NCBI GenBank assembly: GCA_019694975.1
Contig: JAIBAY010000007.1
Coordinates: 73,720 to 137,719, forward strand
DNA from: Chitinophagales bacterium
Lineage (GTDB): Bacteria; Bacteroidota; Bacteroidia; Chitinophagales; UBA10324
Reading direction: 5' to 3'
Length of the DNA stretch: 64,000 nucleotides
The position numbers were made by a program, and so were the translations under genes. Under the pieces are notes generated by a model. The model did not search any database. It was given only the letters and a program-made list of their open reading frames with translations, and was not told the origin of the DNA. Of this stretch, positions 8,748 to 17,700 are shown piece after piece; positions within the stretch are counted from its first letter, which is position 1; the number at the start of each line of letters is the position of its first letter.

Positions 8748-11700
8748 CTAATGCTGCACCACAATCTGACCCTGGTAAACCTGACCATCAAAGATCACGC
8801 GTACCATGTACATACCTGCTGCATCACCTTCCTGTAAATTGATTTCCTTCATCAGGTCACCGTTGGCAACAGGAACTGTTTCACCAACCACAGATTGGCC
8901 TAAGGCGTTAAACACCTGTACTATAGCATCACCATCTGACTTATTGGTGAGGGCGAGGTGAATTACAAAGTGCCCGTCAGTAGGATTCGGGTATGTTTCG
9001 AATACTGCCTGCTCCATGCTCGCAATACCGCTTTCTTTGCAGGTATTGATCACTGCCACCGGTGCTGAAAGTGTTTGACAACCTGTGTTAAGGTTGGTTA
9101 CGGTTACACGGTAGCTACCCACAACCAAAGCAATGTAATCCCTGTTGGTTGCGCCCGGAATGTCATTGCCATTATAATTCCACTGATATCCGAGTGGTAT
9201 GCCTGAAGCACCATTACCACGCAACTTCACTTTACCGTTGATACAAAGATCCGGGTTGTCAGCTGGATTCACAATGATAACATTGGCATTCGGCGTGGCA
9301 AGACGGTTGATTTCAACCACATTAGATGTGGTAGAACAACCTTCCGCACTAGTCACCACCACCTTGTACTTCTTCTTGGCATTAGGTCCTACCATGTAAG
9401 TGGAATTGGTTTCACCGGCAAGAATATTACCAAATGAGTACCACTGATAAGTAAGTCCTGCACCTGTATTAGCCTGGAGGAGGAAGGTAACACCTTCGCA
9501 GGCTGCAGCCGGATTGGCCGGCGTTACATTAGCGACAGGACTCACATTGATGGTCACGTTAGCCGTTACAACACTGTCGCAGCCTGCTGCATTCGTGTAG
9601 GTGTGGCTGTAAGGTCCACTTGCAGTCACCGTTCCGCCCCATGGCAATGTATAGCTGTCGCAAGCTACTGCATTGAATGAGGTAGGTGTACTGGAGTGGT
9701 TGATCGTCACATTCGCTGTTACCACACTGTCGCATCCTTCTGCATTCGTGTAAGTATGCGTGTATGGACCGGATGCTGTGGCGGTTCCACCCCATGGCAA
9801 TGCATAACTGTCGCAGGCTGTGGCATTGAACGAGGTTGGTGCGCTGGCGTGGTTAATCGTCACGTTCGCGGTTACCACACTGTCGCAGCCTTCAGCATTC
9901 GTGTAAGTATGTGTGTAAGGACCGGATGCTGTGGCTGTTCCACCCCATGGCAATGCATAACTGTCGCATGCTGTGGCATTGTATGAGGTTGGTGTGCTGG
10001 CGTGGTTAATCGTCACGTTCGCTGTTACCACACTGTCGCAGCCTTCAGCATTCGTGTAAGTATGCGTGTACGGACCGGACGCCGTGGCTGTTCCGCCCCA
10101 TGGCAAGGCATAGCTTTCGCAAGCTGTGGCATTGTAAGAGGTGGGCGTACTGGAGTGGTTGATCGTCACATTCGCGGTTACCACACTGTCGCATCCTTCA
10201 GCATTTGTGTAAGTATGTGTGTACGGACCGGACGCTGTGGCGGTTCCTCCCCATGGCAATGCATAACTGTCGCATGCTGTGGCATTGAACGAGGTTGGTG
10301 CGCTGGCGTGGTTAATCGTCACGTTCGCGGTTACCACACTGTCGCAGCCTTCAGCATTCGTGTAAGTATGTGTGTAAGGACCGGATGCCGTGGCTGTTCC
10401 GCCCCATGGCAAGGCATAGCTTTCGCAAGCTGTGGCATTGTAAGAGGTGGGCGTACTGGCGTGGTTAATCGTCACGTTCGCTGTTACCACACTGTCGCAT
10501 CCTTCAGCATTCGTGTAAGTATGTGTGTAAGGACCGGACGCCGTGGCTGTTCCACCCCATGGTAATGCATAACTGTCGCAAGCGGTAGCATTGTATGAAG
10601 TAGGTGTGCTGGAGTGATTGATCGTCACATTCGCGGTAACTACACTGTCGCAGCCTTCAGCATTTGTGTAAGTATGCGTGTACGGACCGGATGCTGTGGC
10701 GGTTCCACCCCATGGCAAGGCATAACTGTCGCATGCTGTGGCATTGTATGAGGTTGGTGTGCTGGAGTGATTGATGGTCACATTCGCTGTTACCACGCTA
10801 TCACATCCTTCTGCATTCGTGTAAGTATGCGTGTACGGACCCGACGCCGTGACTGTTCCACCCCATGGTAATGCATAACTGTCGCAAGCCGTGGCATTAT
10901 ATGAGGTTGGTGTGCTGGCGTGGTTGATCGTCACATTCGCTGTTACCACGCTATCACATCCTTCCGCATTCGTGTAAGTATGCGTATACGGGCCCGACGC
11001 CGTGGCTGTTCCACCCCATGGTAATGCATAACTGTCGCAAGCGGTAGCATTGAACGAAGTTGGCGTACTGGAGTGATTGATGGTGACATTCGCAGTTACC
11101 ACGCTGTCGCAACCGGTACCGTTAGTGTATGTATGTGTGTACGGACCCGATGCTGTGGCGGTTCCGCCCCATGGCAAGGCATAACTGTCGCATGCTGTTG
11201 CATCATAGGAAGTTGAAATGCTGGAGCTGTTAATCGTAACATTAGCGGTCACTACACTGTCACATCCTTCTGCATTCGTGTAAGTATGCGTGTACGGGCC
11301 GGACGCGGTGGCGGTTCCGCCCCATGGCAATGTATAGCTCTCACAGGCAGCAGCAGCAAATGATGTTGGTGTACTTGCATGGTTGATAGTTACATTGGCT
11401 GTTACCACACTATCGCAGCCTTCAGCATTCGTGTAAGTATGCGTGTATGGACCGGATACTGTGGCTGTTCCGCCCCATGGCAATGAATAGCTTTCACAAG
11501 CTGTGGCATTGTAAGAGGTGGGCGTACTGGAGTGGTTGATCGTCACATTCGCGGTTACCACACTGTCGCAGCCTTCAGCATTCGTGTAAGTATGCGTGTA
11601 TGGACCGGATGCTGTGGCTGTTCCTCCCCATGGTAATGCATAACTGTCGCAGGCGGTGGCATTATATGATGTTGGCGTGCTGGCGTGGTTAATCGTCACG

Positions 11701-14591
11701 TTCGCTGTTACCACACTGTCACATCCTTCTGCATTCGTGTAAGTATGCGTGTATGGACCCGACGCTATGGCTGTTCCACCCCATGGCAATGCATAACTGT
11801 CGCATGCTGTGGCATTGTATGAGGTTGGTGTGCTGGCATGGTTGATCGTCACATTCGCGGTTACTATACTGTCGCAGCCTTCAGCATTCGTGTAAGTATG
11901 CGTGTACGGACCGGATGCCGTGGCTGTTCCGCCCCATGGCAATGCATAGCTTTCACAAGCTGTGGCATTGTAAGAGGTGGGCGTACTGGAGTGGTTGATG
12001 GTCACATTTGCTGTTACCACACTGTCGCATCCTTCAGCATTTGTGTAAGTATGTGTGTACGGACCGGATGCAGTGGCTGTTCCGCCCCATGGTAATGCAT
12101 AACTGTCGCACGCTGTGGCATTATATGAGGTTGGCGTACTGGAGTGGTTGATCGTCACGTTCGCTGTTACTACACTGTCACATCCTTCAGCATTCGTGTA
12201 AGTATGCGTGTATGGACCGGATGCAGTGGCTGTTCCTCCCCATGGCAATGCATAACTGTCGCATGCTGTGGCATTGTATGATGTTGGTGTACTGGCATGG
12301 TTGATAGTTACATTGGCTGTTACCACACTGTCGCAGCCTTCAGCATTTGTGTAAGTATGTGTGTAAGGACCGGACGCCGTGGCTGTTCCACCCCATGGTA
12401 ATGCATAGCTTTCACAAGCTGTTGCATTGTAAGAGGTTGGTGTGCTGGAGTGATTGATGGTCACATTCGCGGTTACTACACTGTCGCATCCTTCAGCATT
12501 TGTGTAAGTATGCGTGTACGGACCGGACGCCGTGGCGGTTCCACCCCATGGCAATGCATAACTGTCGCACGCTGTGGCATTGTATGAGGTTGGCGTACTG
12601 GAGTGATTGATGGTCACATTCGCTGTTACCACGCTATCACATCCTTCTGCATTCGTGTAAGTATGCGTGTACGGACCGGACGCCGTGGCTGTTCCACCCC
12701 ATGGTAATGCATAACTGTCGCAAGCCGTGGCATTATATGAGGTTGGCGTACTAGCGTGGTTGATCGTCACGTTCGCTGTTACCACGCTATCACATCCTTC
12801 AGCATTCGTGTAAGTATGCGTGTATGGACCGGATGCCGTGGCTGTTCCACCCCATGGTAATGTATAGCTTTCACAAGCTGATGCATTGTAAGAAGAAGGC
12901 GCACTGGCGTGGTTGATGGTGACATTCGCCGTTACCACGCTGTCGCAACCGGATGCATTAAGGTAGGTGTGTGAATAGGGACCGGTGGCCGTAGCTGTTC
13001 CGCCCCATGGCAGGCTGTAGCTTTCACAAGCTGAGGCAGTGAAAGAAGAAGGCTCACTGGAATGGTTGATTGTTACATTCGCTGTTACGACGCTGTCGCA
13101 ACCAAGATGACTGATGTAAGTATGAACGTATGCACCATTGACAGCAGCAGTTCCACCCCATGGAAGTGCATAACTGTCACAGGCAGAAGTACTGTAAGAA
13201 GTAGCTATTGGGGCAGTATTTCCAACGGTAGCTACCACACTGTTGCTGCAACCGCTTGAGGTTACCCAGGCAATAGTGTGAGCACCGGCACTAAGACCGG
13301 TAACGGTAAACGGAGAAGAAACCGGAATCGGCTGGCCTACTCCATCCACGGTAAACTGTGTAAATGGGAATCCGGCACCACCGGTGAAAGTCATAGAAAC
13401 TGTTGCCGTACCGGTGTTTAACCCGAAACAGGTAACCGGTGTAGTGCCGGTAACCAGGCCGGTGCAGGTAGCTGCCGGGTTTAATGACGGATTGTTTGTA
13501 CAGGCACTGCTCCCACAAAACTGCAAAGAAACCCCAGTCTGTGCAGCGGTAGGAGCCGGTGAAACGGTAAGTGATGTTGCACTATTGATAGCAGTAATGT
13601 AAGTGTTGGCAGCTATGCCAGGACCGGTTATCGGCATGCCGGGTGACAGGCCAACCGTGCTGCTTAATCCTGTAATATTAATGGATGCACCAGTTCCGGT
13701 GTTACCGGTGAGGGTGACACAACTTGTAATATCCGAAAAGGTACCCGTTGAATTAACGTTAACTGCTATACCGCCAACGTAAGCTGAAACCAGGGTGGCA
13801 GTTTTACCGGATGCGGCAACAAAGTTGAAATCAACCAAGGGTTGTTGTCCAGAAGTGTAACATTGCGATGGTGCAGTTCCTCCACTAAATCCCCAGGAAG
13901 TAGAAGTACTAGATGCCAAGCCGGAAGGAATTGGTGCTGTCAACGTAAGTGATGTGTTAGACGAAATAGTTTGTATAACCCCAAGTGCTTGTCCCAACTG
14001 ATTATAAATGGTCATTCCGGCTTGTAATTGCGTGAGGAAAGAAGTCCCTACGCCGGAGATTGCAGAACTGCTGATCGTTTGCGAGATAGAGGTACCACTT
14101 CCCTTATTCACAATCTGCATGATAAAGGTCCCGTAACGGGTGCCGCCTTGTCCGCAAGGTTCAGAACCGTTGGAAATAACTGTGCCCGATCCCGCGCCCG
14201 GATTGGCACGTGCCGTAAAGTTTACGGTATTGGTACTGTTATTAAAAGTCGTGCTGGAAGTAACCGGAGACTCTGCAGCATTAAAACCCGAACTGCCGGA
14301 TACGTAGGAGATGGCTACGTGATTGGTACCTTTTGCGGAAGGATTAAAGTTGATACCAAAAGCGATGTTCGCAACTTCCATGGGCGTTGTGCCTGTGCGT
14401 TGCACCCATAGATCAAACTTATATTTGTCGCAACCAATACTGGAGTCATTGGTGATGTAGACATTGTAAGTTGGGTTTTGTGCCTTGCCTTGGCCTGCAA
14501 CCAAAAAAAGGACAGCGAACATCAGCAACTTGCCAATGTGTGATTTTAAAGCATTCATGCTTTTTTGATTTGGGGTTAGAAATTTATTCAT
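8748..14591 (-). CDS. T9SS-secreted repeat adhesin-like protein (1,947 aa) with ~24 tandem 51-aa Cys-containing modules
   Basis: Leader LLMFAVLFLVAGQGKAQ (alternative start Met12, ~14558). There is an SprB-repeat-like segment (CFGLNTGTATVSM). It has ~24 modules of the form CDSYALPWGGTATASGPYTHTYTNAEGCDSVVTANVTINH[AS]STPTSYNATA and two Ig-like modules. The type-A T9SS CTD is YPNPTDGHFVIHL...GMYMVRVIFDGQVYQGQIVVQH. Confidence 0.9.
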   Translation of the reverse strand: MNKFLTPNQKSMNALKSHIGKLLMFAVLFLVAGQGKAQNPTYNVYITNDSSIGCDKYKFDLWVQRTGTTPMEVANIAFGINFNPSAKGTNHVAISYVSGSSGFNAAESPVTSSTTFNNSTNTVNFTARANPGAGSGTVISNGSEPCGQGGTRYGTFIMQIVNKGSGTSISQTISSSAISGVGTSFLTQLQAGMTIYNQLGQALGVIQTISSNTSLTLTAPIPSGLASSTSTSWGFSGGTAPSQCYTSGQQPLVDFNFVAASGKTATLVSAYVGGIAVNVNSTGTFSDITSCVTLTGNTGTGASINITGLSSTVGLSPGMPITGPGIAANTYITAINSATSLTVSPAPTAAQTGVSLQFCGSSACTNNPSLNPAATCTGLVTGTTPVTCFGLNTGTATVSMTFTGGAGFPFTQFTVDGVGQPIPVSSPFTVTGLSAGAHTIAWVTSSGCSNSVVATVGNTAPIATSYSTSACDSYALPWGGTAAVNGAYVHTYISHLGCDSVVTANVTINHSSEPSSFTASACESYSLPWGGTATATGPYSHTYLNASGCDSVVTANVTINHASAPSSYNASACESYTLPWGGTATASGPYTHTYTNAEGCDSVVTANVTINHASTPTSYNATACDSYALPWGGTATASGPYTHTYTNAEGCDSVVTANVTINHSSTPTSYNATACDSYALPWGGTATASGPYTHTYTNAEGCDSVVTANVTINHSSTPTSYNATACESYALPWGGTATASGPYTHTYTNAEGCDSVVTANVTINHASTPTSYNATACDSYALPWGGTATASGPYTHTYTNAEGCDSVVTANVTINHSSTPTSYNATACDSYALPWGGTATASGPYTHTYTNAEGCDSVVTANVTINHSSTPTSYNATACESYALPWGGTATASGPYTHTYTNAEGCDSIVTANVTINHASTPTSYNATACDSYALPWGGTAIASGPYTHTYTNAEGCDSVVTANVTINHASTPTSYNATACDSYALPWGGTATASGPYTHTYTNAEGCDSVVTANVTINHSSTPTSYNATACESYSLPWGGTATVSGPYTHTYTNAEGCDSVVTANVTINHASTPTSFAAAACESYTLPWGGTATASGPYTHTYTNAEGCDSVVTANVTINSSSISTSYDATACDSYALPWGGTATASGPYTHTYTNGTGCDSVVTANVTINHSSTPTSFNATACDSYALPWGGTATASGPYTHTYTNAEGCDSVVTANVTINHASTPTSYNATACDSYALPWGGTVTASGPYTHTYTNAEGCDSVVTANVTINHSSTPTSYNATACDSYALPWGGTATASGPYTHTYTNAEGCDSVVTANVTINHSSTPTSYNATACDSYALPWGGTATASGPYTHTYTNAEGCDSVVTANVTINHASTPTSYNATACESYALPWGGTATASGPYTHTYTNAEGCDSVVTANVTINHASAPTSFNATACDSYALPWGGTATASGPYTHTYTNAEGCDSVVTANVTINHSSTPTSYNATACESYALPWGGTATASGPYTHTYTNAEGCDSVVTANVTINHASTPTSYNATACDSYALPWGGTATASGPYTHTYTNAEGCDSVVTANVTINHASAPTSFNATACDSYALPWGGTATASGPYTHTYTNAEGCDSVVTANVTINHSSTPTSFNAVACDSYTLPWGGTVTASGPYSHTYTNAAGCDSVVTANVTINVSPVANVTPANPAAACEGVTFLLQANTGAGLTYQWYSFGNILAGETNSTYMVGPNAKKKYKVVVTSAEGCSTTSNVVEINRLATPNANVIIVNPADNPDLCINGKVKLRGNGASGIPLGYQWNYNGNDIPGATNRDYIALVVGSYRVTVTNLNTGCQTLSAPVAVINTCKESGIASMEQAVFETYPNPTDGHFVIHLALTNKSDGDAIVQVFNALGQSVVGETVPVANGDLMKEINLQEGDAAGMYMVRVIFDGQVYQGQIVVQH
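9546..13210 (-). repeat. tandem array, ~24 units x 153 bp, in-frame (51 aa per unit)
   Basis: I counted 24 occurrences of GCDS[VI]VTANVTIN in the translation, and 3,665 bp / 153 = 24. Units are near-identical at the peptide level. Differences between DNA units are largely at third codon positions (e.g. CCT/CCG Pro, ACA/ACG Thr, GCA/GCG/GCT Ala). Confidence 0.9.
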
Positions 14592-14624
14592 TGGGACCGG
14601 GTTTTACAATTTGTTGAAATATGC

Positions 14625-14644
14625 AGGGAAGCCGGGCTTCCCCG
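14625..14644 (-). terminator. GC-rich hairpin between the giant gene and the 1,947-aa gene (weak or attenuating terminator?)
   Basis: GGGAAGCC-g-GGCTTCCC palindrome in the 122-bp spacer. No clear U-run follows on the minus strand. Confidence 0.3.
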
Positions 14645-14713
14645 CATAGGTACTACTTATTTTATTCAAAGCGTCACAATTACTCCGCGACACGCATTAA
14701 ATTCCAATTAAAT

Positions 14714-17700
14714 CTACGGATGCGCCACAAATAATCCAAAGCTCACATTTATTTCCAGCAGGTTGAAGTCTTCACCCGCCGTCGGGCCGTTGCCGGTGAT
14801 GTCGGTCACATTGTATCCAAAGGCCTGTCCTGTTACATCGAATTCTACAATGTTGAAGTCATCGCCTGCTATTTGTCCATCCTGATTCACGTCGCCGCTG
14901 TAAATCGTCCAGTGTCCATCCACATAAATCATTTGCGGATTCGGATTGTTTACGTCCGGATACGCCTGCGTAACATCGGTAGAGAAGTCATATGACGACA
15001 CACTCATCGGAACAGCCGCAGCACTCCACGTTTCCAGGGCATTCTTGTAATGGATGGAAATGTAGTAAGAGGCGCTGCCGGAAGCGTTATCGAATGTACA
15101 ACTGATCAGCCCATTGGTATGCAGTATCCCTTTGAAGGTATCCACCGGCGCATAGCTGCCTGCATCGTGTAACACAATCATGATGGTGTCTACCTCATTC
15201 GGATCGCTGGCTCCGGCGAGGCCTTGATTCACCATTACCGGTTTCATAAAGCCAGGATTAAATTCATCCATGTAACCCTGTATGTACAACGTTACATAGA
15301 AATTAACAGCACAGCTGTTGATCGTGATGTTGGCCGTCACCACACTGTCGCATCCCGATGCATTGGTGTAGGTGTGTACATATGCACCGGAGGAAGTAAC
15401 CGTTCCGCCCCAAGGCAAGGTGTAGCTGTCGCAGACCGTATCACTATACGCTGTTGGTGTGGATGGCAGGTTCACGGTAATGGAACCATTTACTGAACCG
15501 GAGCAGAATGATGAATTGGTATAGGTGTAGGTAACGAGGTGGCTACCCGAACTGTAATCAGCAGGATTAAAGATGTTTCCTGTCAGCGCTGCAGGGTTGT
15601 TGTCAATGTAATACAATCCGCCCGAAGGTGATCCGTACGTCAGCTCAAATGGGGCCGCATTCTGACAAACAGCCGGTATCGTGTCGAGCGTAGGAGTAGG
15701 ATCAGCCACCACGTTAATGGTATCATTGTAACTGGCACAGCCTAAGTAGGTTGTGTAAGTAATTACATGAGGCCCGGGGTCTACACTCGGAGCAGACGCA
15801 TCAAAGTAGAATGTTCCAAAGAACTCTACAATGGCGCCGGGAGCATCTGTTGTAAATACACCACCCGGTACATTGGGTACCAGGATAGCGCCACCAGCAT
15901 CAGACTTGCATATTTCAGGCTGCACTTCAAAGTAGGCATCAGCTTGTATCACTTCAACGGTTACAGAGTCTACTGCTGAGCAGCCACCACCATTCGTCAC
16001 AGTTACTGTATAAACAGAAGTTGCACTGATGCCGCTTGCACTGGCCGGATTAGCTGTTGTATCTACAATCGTTGCTGAAGGTGACCATGCATAAGTGAGC
16101 GAGGTAGGCGGAATCGGATTGAATCGGAATCCGTTACCATCGCCTGGCCATGCTGTGGACGTAGTGGTAGCATTACCGGTACCGGTCAATGCATTTATGT
16201 AATGGTCTGTGCCACCTGTTGCATCTTCTATACCTATGGCAGCAGCAAATGATGTGGTGCCGGCTGCAGGCCCGTATATCATCTCAATTCTGCCCGGGCT
16301 GGCGGATGCCGGTCCATAGATATTAACCTGGAAGGAAATCAGGTTGGTGGTAGTTACACTGAAGCTGGAACCTACTGCCTGATCCCACTGAAAGGCATAT
16401 ACATCTGTTCCGATCAATCCATGACGCATGCTGCCCGGGAACCCTGAACCAAGATTCGCTCCCATATCCTTAAACCAGGCAGCAATTGTATTGCTTGGCA
16501 GCGAAGATGTAAACAAGTTCCCGCTGGCGTGATCGAAGCTGGAAGTGATAGTTGAAATGTCTCCTGCAGCTACCCAGCCATTTGTTGACATAGACATCTG
16601 CGTGAAGGTATTTCCATTATAGGTGAAGGTAAACGGTAAAGTTATCAGAATACCTCCATCATCCTGGCTGCCTGTCGCAAAACCGGTCAACAATTGGGAA
16701 GCATCATTGATGATACTGATACCACCACCGGTCAGGGTACTGTAAGTTTGGCCTGTAAGGCTTGTTAACGAATAATTATTAACCATGGCACCTGCCTGGA
16801 ATGCATTGGCAGTAAGTGTGCTGGAACCTCCTGCACAGACGGAAGGCAGATTGGCTGTAACAGAGGAAATGGTTGGTGGTGTAAGCACGGTTATGGCAAC
16901 ACTTGCTGTATTCACACAACCATTGCCATTGGTTCCGGTTACGGTATAGGTGGTATTCGCAGTGGGATTCGCCGTTACGGTAGCACCTGTTGTTGGAGTC
17001 AGGTTAAGCGCTGGACTCCAGGTATATGTATTGGCACCGCCCACAGTCACTTCCACACTGCCACCTGTACAAATGGTCGGGCTGGCAGGAGTAACCACGA
17101 GTACCGGCAAAGTATCAACCAGCACTGTACCGGATGCATAAGCCGTATCTCCGCATAAATCAATTACCATAACACTATAGCTTGTAGTGGTGTCGAGTGA
17201 CACGGTGATAACGTCAGTAGTTGCTCCGCCCGGTGTCCATAAGTAAGTGTAAGGATATCCACCACCGGAGATACCGGCAGTTAAAGTTGCGGATTGACCT
17301 GCGCAAATGGTATCTGAATTCACAGCAACCAGCAACGGCTCACCTACATGTACCGTTATAGTATCAGTTGAACTGCAGGAGGTAATCGTATCCGAAGCAG
17401 TTACAGTATATGTTGTGGTAGCAGCCGGAGATACATTTACGGTACTGCCATTCAACGGGCCAGGAGTCCATACCCAATGATTTGAACCAGTGGAATTTAC
17501 CCCTGTAACAGCATTAAACTGGAAAACAGGACGCGTACCACTGGAAGTTGGGTTACTTCCGGTTGCAACAGAACACGTGGTATTGTTTGCTACGGTTGAC
17601 ATGAATGGTGTAGCATAAGTTTGCAATGTAGTACCACTGCCGCTACCTGCCACTGTTAAATCACCGCAGATGTTAATCACAATGTTTGACATACCATCCC

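Noticed and set aside
8521-8751. A 76-aa + ORF between the GIY-YIG gene and the 1,947-aa gene.
   Set aside because: It has no recognisable motifs and runs through the bidirectional terminator hairpin into the stop of the convergent gene. It is likely spurious.
9696-12095. Periodic + strand ORFs (96, 187 and 85 aa; MV[DN]RH[IV]R[CG]YHTVA[AS]F...) inside the tandem repeat.
   Set aside because: They are antisense shadows of the 153-bp coding repeat. Their periodicity simply mirrors the repeat. They are Arg/Cys/Gly-rich, and the minus strand carries the uninterrupted 1,947-aa frame with a signal peptide and a T9SS CTD.
9546-13210. The possibility that variation among the 51-aa units is produced by a diversity-generating retroelement.
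   Set aside because: No reverse transcriptase, template repeat or adenine-specific substitution pattern is visible in the window. Variation is sparse and largely synonymous.
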